DNA of 64,000 nucleotides from positions 36,456-100,455 of IMG/VR virus record IMGVR_UViG_3300034175_000062; one strand, written 5' to 3'. Shown one piece after another: positions 15,291-24,172 of this stretch; the first letter of the stretch is position 1, and each line of letters starts with the position of its first letter. Source of the DNA: a virus. A program made the translations under genes and the position numbers. A model generated the notes under the pieces. The model searched no databases and was not told the origin of the DNA. It saw nothing but the letters and a program-made list of their open reading frames with translations.

Positions 15291-15938
15291 TTAGGCCGTG
15301 ACCGGCTCCTTGCCGTCCACCGTCTGGCCGGGTGCGAGATCGGCCTGTTCGGCTTCCTTCTGCTCCTCGATCTTCTCGGCCACCGGCTCGGGGACCGCGA
15401 CCACGAACCCAGCGAGCTTCACCGCGTAGTCGCCGAAGTCCTTGAACTCGGCCTTGATCCAGGCGATCCGCTCTTCGTCGGTGGTGAGGGCCTGGTAAGC
15501 CGTGACCTGATCGCCGACGATCACATGGCCCCGAGCGCGATCCCAGCTGAGATCCTTACCGCGAACCCCGCGGCCGAAAGCGTCTTCGACGGTGGAGAGA
15601 TTGGGCGTTTCGCCCTGGCTGTAATAATGGGCGAAGAAGTTGGCCGCCTTCGAACCAGCCCGCTTGGGGTTCTTGGCGCAGAGCACCATCAGCGGGGTCG
15701 GCTCGTTGGAAACCTCGGTGATCGGCGCCGTCTCGGTGGTGTTTTCCGATTCGACCCGCGGCGGCGGCATCAGTTCGACCGAACCGGTCTCGGTGGAAGC
15801 ATCGGTCGAACCCGTGGTCTCGGTGTTCTCGGTGCCGGTGACGTTCGCCGTGGACTGGTTGAGGGCTGCCTTGCGGCTGCGCGATGCCTTGCGAGCCGAA
15901 TCGGGGGTCGCGGTGGGGAGCTGATCGAGGTTTGCCAT
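15291..15938 (-). CDS. NPK-motif protein with disordered N-terminus (paralog of 713-1048)
   Basis: NPKRAGS..F..YY...TVEDAF..GVR.KD...D..RG...VGD. Confidence 0.85.
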   Translation of the reverse strand: MANLDQLPTATPDSARKASRSRKAALNQSTANVTGTENTETTGSTDASTETGSVELMPPPRVESENTTETAPITEVSNEPTPLMVLCAKNPKRAGSKAANFFAHYYSQGETPNLSTVEDAFGRGVRGKDLSWDRARGHVIVGDQVTAYQALTTDEERIAWIKAEFKDFGDYAVKLAGFVVAVPEPVAEKIEEQKEAEQADLAPGQTVDGKEPVTA

Positions 15939-16213
15939 GGTATAATTCCTTTTCTTCTTGCCGTAGGGAGGGGTTATTCCCTTCCTATGCTCCCTTTATA
16001 ACTTGCATTCCACCCCTTGTATATAACTATTTTGAAGGTCCGTGCACTTTATTTCATGATAAGATGGTTAATAGGGATCACGCCTTATAGATCTGTGTAC
16101 AAGTATACGCGTATAGGGGAATATAGGATATGATGGGAAAAAGGCCTTTACAGCGAGGGGTTCTCGGATTATAAGGGCTCTAGTTAGTTGTTAGCATGGA
16201 AGGTTACAACAGC

Positions 16214-17113
16214 ATGACCACAAACATCGGCACCATCAATCGACAGTGGAAGTCGAACGCGCGAAAGCAGGGAGCCACGCAGGATACTGGCACTGCGGTC
16301 ATCCAGTTGCGTCCCAACGAGCTCCCGGACTACAATCCGAAGGAAACCGACGCCGACATCAAGAAGAAGTTGAAGGAGCGCTTCGAGATCCTCGAAGCGA
16401 TGACCGAAGACGCCATCTCCGGTGAGGTTCGCGGTTTGATCGTATCCGGTCCTCCGGGCGTCGGTAAGACGTACCAGATCGATAAGGCGCTGGAAGAATA
16501 CGACGAGACCGGCGAGCTCTACACGACCTCATCTGGTTACGTCAAGGCGACCGGGCTCTACAAGCTGCTTTATAAGCATCGCCACAAGAACCAGATCGTA
16601 AAATTCGATGACGCTGACTCTGTCTGGTTCGACGAGAATGCGCTGAACTTCATGAAGATCGCGACCGATTCGATCAACAAGCGCATCCTGACATATGGCG
16701 CTGAATATAACATGGTCGATGACGACGGCACCCCGATCCCACGCTCCTTCGAGTTCGAGGGTTCGGCCATCTTCGTGACCAACCTCGACTTTGATCGCCA
16801 GATCGATCGCGGTACCAAGCTCGCTCCTCATATGGAAGCGATGATCAGCCGGTCCCACTATATCGATCTCGGTATGAAGACTAAGCGCGATTATCTCGTC
16901 CGCATCTATATGGTCGCCGAGCAGGGGTTCCTCAAGAACATCGGCCTTGATGACGCGATGCAGTTGGAGGTGTTGAACTACATCGCCAATAACATGGGCC
17001 ATCTCCGTGAGCTGTCCCTCCGCATGGCGCTGAAGATCGGCACCCTGCGCAAGTCGAAGCCGGCGTCCTGGGAGCGTATCGCTAACCTGACCTGCTGCCG
17101 CGGTATCTCGTAA
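16214..17113 (+). CDS. Phage AAA+ ATPase
   Basis: Walker A GPPGVGKT, Walker B VKFDDAD, IFVTN, AMISR. Confidence 0.9.
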   Translation: MTTNIGTINRQWKSNARKQGATQDTGTAVIQLRPNELPDYNPKETDADIKKKLKERFEILEAMTEDAISGEVRGLIVSGPPGVGKTYQIDKALEEYDETGELYTTSSGYVKATGLYKLLYKHRHKNQIVKFDDADSVWFDENALNFMKIATDSINKRILTYGAEYNMVDDDGTPIPRSFEFEGSAIFVTNLDFDRQIDRGTKLAPHMEAMISRSHYIDLGMKTKRDYLVRIYMVAEQGFLKNIGLDDAMQLEVLNYIANNMGHLRELSLRMALKIGTLRKSKPASWERIANLTCCRGIS

Positions 17114-17115
17114 CG

Positions 17116-17301
17116 ATGCCAAGCTATACCGGCAAGACAAAGCCGATTAAGCGCCCTATAGTAGCGTGCTTGGGCCACCCGAACAGTCACAATCGGGTGG
17201 TCCTCGTACTGGAATGCGGTCATCGAGTGAGTCGCGATAAGCGTGGCGCACCATCGACCAACGTCGTATGTTCGGAGTGCAGCAATGGTAGAAATCGATA
17301 A
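17116..17301 (+). CDS. Small putative Zn-finger protein
   Basis: LECGH...CSEC. Confidence 0.6.
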   Translation: MPSYTGKTKPIKRPIVACLGHPNSHNRVVLVLECGHRVSRDKRGAPSTNVVCSECSNGRNR

Positions 17302-17776
17302 CACCGAAGTCAAAAAGCTGTGGAACCTCTACGGCGGGTCGCAGCATGGTCCCCATGTCGAGCAGTACTTCATCGAGGAGCAGAAGTTCTACATCTTCGC
17401 TCGTGAGCTGATCATCGCTGCTCAGAATAAGGCGATGGATGCGCTTGCTGAAGATCTGACCAGCCGCGATCTGCCTGGTCATATTGCTGATCAGATCCGC
17501 GACTCATGCCGTGAAGTGCTCGGCAAAGTGGTGATGATCGACGACAGCATTAAGATCGCGGATGCTGTCGTTGCTAAGATCACTTCCATGATCGTTGATC
17601 ATGCCGGTCCGCCGAAGAAGTTGTTTGAAGCTTATGCGTTGGTTGAGCGCATCGCGAAGATGGGCTGGGTCAATAGCAAGCCGAACGTCGACTTCGAAGA
17701 CTTCCAGGACGAGGCAATTGCCATCACCGGTCTGGCACCGGGCGACCAACGACACGGTAACGCAAGCGAGGTATAA
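17285..17776 (+). CDS. Hypothetical protein
   Basis: GGAG RBS; start reassigned. Confidence 0.7.
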   Translation: MVEIDNTEVKKLWNLYGGSQHGPHVEQYFIEEQKFYIFARELIIAAQNKAMDALAEDLTSRDLPGHIADQIRDSCREVLGKVVMIDDSIKIADAVVAKITSMIVDHAGPPKKLFEAYALVERIAKMGWVNSKPNVDFEDFQDEAIAITGLAPGDQRHGNASEV

Positions 17777-17777
17777 C

Positions 17778-18002
17778 ATGCACCCATACATCGGCACTAT
17801 TCTGCTGATCGTGACGTTGGCTATTCAGCTTAGCCTCCACGTTCTCTGTGCGTACCTGGTCGTCCTCGCCTGGGATACGTATCGTGGGCTGCCGAAAGGC
17901 TTCCCGATCTTCACCACTGGTATCGCACTGTTGTCGGTCATCGTCGTAAACGTGCTGTACATTCCGGTGTTCGCTAACATCATGCACATGATAAGGGGAT
18001 GA
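17778..18002 (+). CDS. Two-TM membrane protein
   Basis: GAGG RBS, hydrophobic. Confidence 0.7.
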   Translation: MHPYIGTILLIVTLAIQLSLHVLCAYLVVLAWDTYRGLPKGFPIFTTGIALLSVIVVNVLYIPVFANIMHMIRG

Positions 18003-18005
18003 TCA

Positions 18006-18317
18006 ATGGATAGGTTACACAGCATTCCGACGTATGAGGTGTCTGCCACGCCGATGACGTACGTGCTGCTCTTCATGATGCTGCTGTTCATGTTCGTCGT
18101 GGAACGATGGGTATTCAGAGCCCTTTTCAGCAATGCATTTCACAGCATGGTATTCTCCTACCTCTTGACGGGTTTTGCCTTTCTTGCACTCCCTATGTCA
18201 CTTCTTGTCCCTGCTACTAATGCACTGGGGGTGATCTGGTTGACTGTCACGTGGCCGGTATGGATGATCTTTACGTTTATGCCGAACTGGCTGATCCCGT
18301 ACATCTTCACAGTCTAG
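18006..18317 (+). CDS. Multi-TM membrane protein
   Basis: Three hydrophobic segments. Confidence 0.7.
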   Translation: MDRLHSIPTYEVSATPMTYVLLFMMLLFMFVVERWVFRALFSNAFHSMVFSYLLTGFAFLALPMSLLVPATNALGVIWLTVTWPVWMIFTFMPNWLIPYIFTV

Positions 18318-18365
18318 TTGACAATTTCTAGCGGCTGGTTTATCTAATAACCAGAAGGAGTGCTA

Positions 18366-18662
18366 ATGACAGAGCTGTATACGTTTGGCGACGGTAACGT
18401 TGTCGCCAAGGGCGGAATTTGGGATAAAGACGACCCCGATCTGCCAGGACTTTGCACCATCAGTTTCTTTGTGAGCGATACGCTTAATAAACTCGGTGAA
18501 GAGGTGCCGCAAGACGCATACGACGCTCTAGTCGCTGGTACGCCTGAGCTGATGCTCGGGTTCAAGAATCTCAAATCGATGGATATCTTTATCGATTGGA
18601 TGGCTATGGCTCGGACGCATTACGCTCACTGGTTAGAGCATGGAGTGGTCGATGAAACCTGA
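18366..18662 (+). CDS. Hypothetical protein
   Basis: AAGGAG RBS, promoter TTGACA at 18319. Confidence 0.75.
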   Translation: MTELYTFGDGNVVAKGGIWDKDDPDLPGLCTISFFVSDTLNKLGEEVPQDAYDALVAGTPELMLGFKNLKSMDIFIDWMAMARTHYAHWLEHGVVDET

Positions 18663-18930
18663 GTTTAACTTCGTCGGACCAGGAGTCCATGAGGTCGATA
18701 TCCTCCTCTTCATGGGTCCGATGTCCGATGACGATGGTCCGTTCCTACGGATGCCAGACAACTGGTCGTTAGCGCACGTGATGCACCACGCTGGTCTGTT
18801 TCCGAGCGTCGGCCAGGCGAAGAAGAATGGCTGGGACAAGCCGATCGAGCCGGGCTTCTCACATTTCGTCGTAACCAAGCGGAAGATCGCCGTCTGGATA
18901 CTGACTCGTTTCGAGGGTTGCTTTGAATGA
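18652..18930 (+). CDS. Small protein with S4-like RNA-binding motif
   Basis: LAHVMHHAGLFPSVGQAKKNG resembles TyrRS C-terminal S4 helix pair. Confidence 0.6.
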   Translation: MKPEFNFVGPGVHEVDILLFMGPMSDDDGPFLRMPDNWSLAHVMHHAGLFPSVGQAKKNGWDKPIEPGFSHFVVTKRKIAVWILTRFEGCFE

Positions 18931-19595
18931 TTATCGGTGTCTCGCTAGACTTCTGGGGTACGATCGCGAAGCCTAATCCGAAGTACTCTACCGCTCGAAC
19001 TGCGTACTTCGCTGAGCTATTCGGTGTCGAGCCGGAGGTCGCTCATGCCAAATACGTCCAGATCAAGCGTCACGCTGACTACGCTGCCGAACACTTCGGG
19101 ACTGCGTATCATCCGATGGCTCAGATACGATCACTGTTGAACTGCGAGAAACTGACGCGCAAGGTCGATGCATGTGACGTCTATTATGATCTGATGCATC
19201 GCGTTGCTCGCTACAAACCCGTCATCTCGCCATCAATGAAAGCGCTGCTCAAGCGAGCGTCGCCGCTGTTCGTGATGGGTATCACCTCGAATACCAATTT
19301 CATACCCGGTCATGTGCTCGCGTCATTGATACCATCCACGTTTGCTGAACCGACGTGGTCTGATGTCGTCGGCATCTGCAAGCCGTCACCGGAGATATTC
19401 AACCAGACGTACCGTTCCCTCGTCACGAAGAACGGCGCTGCGATCAAGCCGTGGGAGATACTGCATATCGGTGATAACTACAGGTGTGACTACGTTGGGG
19501 CTACGCGTTTCGGCTTTCAAGGCCGTCACGTCAAGAGCGTAGAAGAAACTGAGGCTGTGCTTCAGATGATTATCGACCAGGGAGAGCTTGAATGA
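18927..19595 (+). CDS. HAD-family hydrolase
   Basis: DFWGT, TSN, KPSPEIF, HIGDNYRCD. Confidence 0.9.
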   Translation: MIIGVSLDFWGTIAKPNPKYSTARTAYFAELFGVEPEVAHAKYVQIKRHADYAAEHFGTAYHPMAQIRSLLNCEKLTRKVDACDVYYDLMHRVARYKPVISPSMKALLKRASPLFVMGITSNTNFIPGHVLASLIPSTFAEPTWSDVVGICKPSPEIFNQTYRSLVTKNGAAIKPWEILHIGDNYRCDYVGATRFGFQGRHVKSVEETEAVLQMIIDQGELE

Positions 19596-20461
19596 CGACT
19601 CATATGGCTATTAAGCAGTTTGGCGATCTAACCGACCAGATGAAGCGCGAGTGGGGCAGGGCGTATTCGATGTTGAAATTCGGCGATGACACCGTTGCCA
19701 AGAACTTCGCGTACAAGATGGCTGATGCGTTCTTCGACAACTACACCGATCTGTTCACAGACGACCAGCCTCAGCCGGTGATCATCCCGGCTCCCTGCAG
19801 CTCGAACGTGCCGATCGCGTCTAAGATGCTGGCGGATCACTTCATGCATCGACTCAATGCGATCATGGCTGATCGCATGCTGCCGCCTGTCGAGATGACG
19901 CTGATGCAGCGGCTGAATACGTACTACAATAACTACTGCCATCTAGAAGAGAGCGAACGGGCTCGTCTGTTGGCGCAAGACACGCTCTACATCAATCGCG
20001 ATTTTATCGCCGGCAAGCGGCTGATCTTCGTCGATGACTGTACGATCACTGGCACGCACGAGAAGAACATTATCCGTTTCTTCGATGCTCACGATCTCAA
20101 CAACGAGCTGTACTTCGTCTGTTACGCCAACTATACTGGCGCGGATCCGACTATCGAGGGGCGACTCAATCACCTCTACATCAAGTCGGCGGATGACGTG
20201 CTCCGTCAGTACTGGCGGATGTCGCTGATCGGTGAGCGGTTTATCCTGACCACTCGCGCGGTGCGTCTAATCCTCGAGGCTAACGAGGATGCGTTCCGGA
20301 GGTTCATTCACGAGTTTCCGCAGACGTTCATTAACGAGCTGTTACATGCGGCGATATCGAAAGAGTATCACCTCTACGAAGATTACACTAACAACTTCCT
20401 TTATCTGAAGGCGTGCTGTGCAAAAGAGTTGACATTTCCAAAACAACATGTTATAGTATAG
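19592..20461 (+). CDS. ComF-like phosphoribosyltransferase (PRTase_3 / Ter-associated type)
   Basis: YSMLKFGD N-motif; PRPP loop LIFVDDCTITGTHE. Confidence 0.8.
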   Translation: MTTHMAIKQFGDLTDQMKREWGRAYSMLKFGDDTVAKNFAYKMADAFFDNYTDLFTDDQPQPVIIPAPCSSNVPIASKMLADHFMHRLNAIMADRMLPPVEMTLMQRLNTYYNNYCHLEESERARLLAQDTLYINRDFIAGKRLIFVDDCTITGTHEKNIIRFFDAHDLNNELYFVCYANYTGADPTIEGRLNHLYIKSADDVLRQYWRMSLIGERFILTTRAVRLILEANEDAFRRFIHEFPQTFINELLHAAISKEYHLYEDYTNNFLYLKACCAKELTFPKQHVIV

Positions 20462-20519
20462 TTATTGCCTGGGTTCGTCGGCTCGATGATACTCTGGCCG
20501 ACGAACCTATGGAGTTGCA

Positions 20520-21392
20520 ATGCGTCCTGATATGAAGAAGCTGCTCTGTGAGCGGCCTCGGTATGGCGGCGGTTACGATAAGCGTAATCGTGGTTACGCT
20601 AAGAACGCGTCCTTTGACGAAATGCCGACCAAACAGAGCATGTCTCGCGGTCGTCACGGCACTAAAGAGTTCGGTGAGTTCCTCGCCCCGCTGAAGCGCT
20701 TCATCAAGAAGCAGGTGGGCCGCAAGTGGAACGACGTCTTCTCCGAGATCTGTGAGCACATCAACGGTTACAATCCCGTTCAGACCCACATCCTCGAGCA
20801 CGTCGATGGCTATATCTCCATCAAGGTGCAACGTGTCAGCACCAACGAGTCGAAGACCGGCTTTGTTTCTCACGGTGGTATCCGTCCTGAGAGCAGCAGC
20901 TGGCGTCATCCTCTTCGTGCTGGTGAGTTGTACGTCGATCCGGATGATAACATCATCAAGGTGGCTAAGAACATCGTCAAGGACAAGCCGAAGCCGCCTC
21001 CTGAGAACAAGCTGAAGGTCTTCAATCGTAATCTGATCGGTGTCAAGGAAGAGGGAATCTGGTACACGATCGATCTGAAAGACTATAAGGACGGATCGAA
21101 GTGGGACTGGTGGTACGGCATCGATCCGCCGGATAAGAACCAGGATAACGTCGGCAATGCCAAGTACGGCCATTACACTCGGATCAAGCTGATCGACGGC
21201 AAGCAGTACAACGACTATTTGTACGGTTCCAACAAGAATCGCTGGGGCGACTACTTCGAGATCGGAGTCTATCTACCCTGGAATTGGCGTGGTCGTAAGG
21301 CGATCGGCCTTCGCGAGAATATCGTTGGACACCACAAGGTCCAGATGACATCCAAGCTGCTTCGGCAGCATAACCTGAAGAACGACCGATGA
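20520..21392 (+). CDS. Conserved basic hypothetical protein
   Basis: MR.DM.K...ERPR and L.PL.RF...QVGR.W..V.SEI motifs; own promoter (TTGACA 20429) and leader hairpin. Confidence 0.8.
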   Translation: MRPDMKKLLCERPRYGGGYDKRNRGYAKNASFDEMPTKQSMSRGRHGTKEFGEFLAPLKRFIKKQVGRKWNDVFSEICEHINGYNPVQTHILEHVDGYISIKVQRVSTNESKTGFVSHGGIRPESSSWRHPLRAGELYVDPDDNIIKVAKNIVKDKPKPPPENKLKVFNRNLIGVKEEGIWYTIDLKDYKDGSKWDWWYGIDPPDKNQDNVGNAKYGHYTRIKLIDGKQYNDYLYGSNKNRWGDYFEIGVYLPWNWRGRKAIGLRENIVGHHKVQMTSKLLRQHNLKNDR

Positions 21393-21751
21393 CTATTATT
21401 CTATTGCTAGCGCTTCTGTTTACGAAGCATCTTGTATTCGACTTTATCTATCAGCCACCGTATCAGTGGCAGAATAAAGGAACGTATGGACACCTTGGTG
21501 GAATTATCCACACTGGGCAACATGTAATTGCCTCATGGTGTATCCTATTGTTCTTTACCACTTTACCTCTCTGTGCCCTTCTCTGTGCCACAGAAGCATT
21601 GATCCATTACCATATGGATTGGTTTAAGATGTGGTATAACAAGAAGAAGGGTTGGGGAGCGACCACGCACAATGAGTTCTGGATACTGACCGGAATCGAT
21701 CAGTGGGTCCATGCGATGACTTACATCCTCATGGTCGCTCTACTTCTTTAA
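21389..21751 (+). CDS. DUF3307-like membrane protein
   Basis: KHLVFDF..Q, HYHMDW.K, GIDQWVH. Confidence 0.8.
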   Translation: MTIILLLALLFTKHLVFDFIYQPPYQWQNKGTYGHLGGIIHTGQHVIASWCILLFFTTLPLCALLCATEALIHYHMDWFKMWYNKKKGWGATTHNEFWILTGIDQWVHAMTYILMVALLL

Positions 21752-22744
21752 TTAGAAGTACGTAATAACGATAACTGCTCCAGGACCGCCGGCGCCACCA
21801 GCTCCGGCGGCACTTCCGTTTGTAGCAGAGCCACCTCCACCACCACCTGCTGCACGTCCACCAGAGCCGCCAGCATTAGCAGCAAAAGCAAGAGCGCCAC
21901 CGCCGCCGCCTCCGCCGCCACCTGGTCCCAGCGTACCAGTAGCAGAACGACCATTACCAGCACCACCGACTGCAGTTGCATCGTATCTAGCACTGCCGGC
22001 GTTACCGGTAGCAGCATATCCGAAACCTGGACCACCTGATCCACCGCTCCATGCTAGCTGAATATCACCCCAGTATCCACCACCTGCAGCGCCTCCTGGA
22101 CCACCGTAAAAGTTCCAAGCGCCACCGCTTGCCTGACCAGTAGAGTTAGATCCACCACCAGCTCCTGGGCCGAATCCGTTTACCGTGCTACTCAGGTCTG
22201 ACTGACTATAAAGTACTCCAGCGCCTCCGCCCATAGATCCGCCAGCTCCTACAGCGCCATTAGTGCCGTTACTGCCTCCTCCAAGAAGCCCAGCACCACC
22301 GCCACCACCAATTAGTGATGCACCGACGACTGCACCAGCTCCGCCGGCACCGCCATAAGCTATCAGAACGCTACTACCGCCGAAGTTTGATCCAGCTGCG
22401 TTACTGCCGTTAGATCCATTGCCGCCATCGACTGTTGCAGCAGCGCCGCCAGCGCCACCATTACCCGCCTGGACAGATACAGTAGCGCCAAGTTCTGCCG
22501 CGTCAAATAGACGACGAAGGAAGGCGCCGCCTCCACCGCCACCACCGCCAGGTTGACGAGTGGTACCGCTACCGCGTAGTCCGCCTCCACCGCCTCCACC
22601 ACCGCCGAAAACTAGAACCTCGACGAACTTAGCGCCCGTTGGCTTAGTCCACGTTCCAGTAAATGGTGACGTGCCAGCGCCCTGTGGGACGTATGTATCT
22701 ACCTTAACTGACGCTGGTAGCTGTGAAATATCGACTGTTCTCAT
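21752..22744 (-). CDS. Glycine-rich virion fibre protein
   Basis: TWTKP.GA..V.V...GGGGGG and G.GG.G.V.VITY termini. Confidence 0.85.
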   Translation of the reverse strand: MRTVDISQLPASVKVDTYVPQGAGTSPFTGTWTKPTGAKFVEVLVFGGGGGGGGGLRGSGTTRQPGGGGGGGGAFLRRLFDAAELGATVSVQAGNGGAGGAAATVDGGNGSNGSNAAGSNFGGSSVLIAYGGAGGAGAVVGASLIGGGGGAGLLGGGSNGTNGAVGAGGSMGGGAGVLYSQSDLSSTVNGFGPGAGGGSNSTGQASGGAWNFYGGPGGAAGGGYWGDIQLAWSGGSGGPGFGYAATGNAGSARYDATAVGGAGNGRSATGTLGPGGGGGGGGGALAFAANAGGSGGRAAGGGGGGSATNGSAAGAGGAGGPGAVIVITYF

Positions 22745-22756
22745 TGTTGTATCCGA

Positions 22757-24172
22757 TTAGAAGAAGTTGAGGATAGTAACACGGCCAACGGCACCATTAC
22801 CACCAGAGCCAGTAACAGCAGCGGTAGTGTTTAAGTGAGCGCCACCGCCTCCTCCGCCACCGCCTGGAGCAGCGCCATCTGCGCCGCTGCCAGATGCTAC
22901 ACCTGCTGTGTTTGCTGCGGGACCTCCGCCACCACCCCAGCCGGCGTCAAGCGATAGAGCTACACGGTTAGCTCCTGACGCAGGGAGACTCTGATCGTCA
23001 TATATCGCTCCGTAGCTGCCGCCCCATGACATGTAGTTCATGTAGTTGATACCATCTGATCCAAGCTTGCCGCCGTTACCAGCTACGACATCAGCTTTGC
23101 CATCAGCAGCAACGCCAGCGCCTGCACCACCACCCGTTGGTGATTGATCAGTATCTCCACCAGAAATCGCTTCAGTAGCTTCAAAGTCTAAGATAGTACC
23201 AACGCCAGAGCTTCCACCCTTACCGCCCGAGAACGTGCCGAACTTGTTGGTTGGCGTGTTGATATTGATCATACCACCTCGGCCGCCTCCAGCTGAAGCA
23301 AATGATCCAAACGAGCTATTACCGCCAGCCAGAGCAGATACCGCAACAGTACTATTTGCAGTAACACCGGACGATTTAGCTCCACCTGCGCCAACAGTGA
23401 CTGTTACAGTCGGCGTTAGAAGTGCTGCAGGGATCCATGCCACAGTCTTAGCGCCACCGGCGCCACCTGCTCCGCCTTTTGCTATCGTTCCAAGAGCCTG
23501 CTTCGAGCCGCCCTGACCACCTCCACCTGCTCCATAAACGTACACCTGAACTGCCTTTAGACCAGCACGAGCGGTCCATGTGAAAGTACCTGCTGTCGTA
23601 TACGAATCAATGATGAGCGTACCGCCAGTTCCGTTAGTACCTGCAGCGCCAGCCGATCCAGTATATCCCGTGTTGCCACTAAGTGGTCGAATGGTATATC
23701 CTAGACCAGCAGCAACAGTACCAACGATAGTCACCGTAGTATCGGTCAGTGTGTAGTCAGTGGTTGGTGTTTGAATGATACCATTGAGTGTAACAATGAT
23801 ATCGTTGACAGTAAGACCAGTGATTGGTAGCGTTATCGTCTGGTTAGCAGTCGCTGTTGTAGTACCGACAACTGGTGTAAACGCGCTAGAGCCAGCGCTC
23901 GGACCAATTGGACCAACTGGACCCGGTACTGTCGATGCTGAACCAGTATAGCCAGTAGGACCGACCGGACCGTTAGGACCAGTCAGACCAGTTGGTCCAG
24001 TTAGGCCTGTCGCGCCAGCTGAACCGTTATATCCAGTTGGACCGATTGGACCAGTTGGACCCGTAGGACCGATCGGTCCAGTGGCACCTTGCGATCCTGT
24101 ATAACCATTGCCGGCTGGGCCGGTTGGTCCGCCTACAGCGCCGGCGACTTGTGATGCACTAAGAATTCTCAT
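22757..24172 (-). CDS. Collagen plus glycine-rich fibre protein
   Basis: Gly-X-Y N-terminus, VTLNG..Q.P.TDY module, Gly-rich C-domain. Confidence 0.85.
   Translation of the reverse strand: MRILSASQVAGAVGGPTGPAGNGYTGSQGATGPIGPTGPTGPIGPTGYNGSAGATGLTGPTGLTGPNGPVGPTGYTGSASTVPGPVGPIGPSAGSSAFTPVVGTTTATANQTITLPITGLTVNDIIVTLNGIIQTPTTDYTLTDTTVTIVGTVAAGLGYTIRPLSGNTGYTGSAGAAGTNGTGGTLIIDSYTTAGTFTWTARAGLKAVQVYVYGAGGGGQGGSKQALGTIAKGGAGGAGGAKTVAWIPAALLTPTVTVTVGAGGAKSSGVTANSTVAVSALAGGNSSFGSFASAGGGRGGMININTPTNKFGTFSGGKGGSSGVGTILDFEATEAISGGDTDQSPTGGGAGAGVAADGKADVVAGNGGKLGSDGINYMNYMSWGGSYGAIYDDQSLPASGANRVALSLDAGWGGGGGPAANTAGVASGSGADGAAPGGGGGGGGAHLNTTAAVTGSGGNGAVGRVTILNFF

Noticed and set aside
614-16001. Long + strand ORFs (614-1462, 6052-6948, 8719-9549, 15189-16001 etc.)
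   Set aside because: Antisense shadows of codon-biased minus-strand genes; no RBS, and they run through promoter elements
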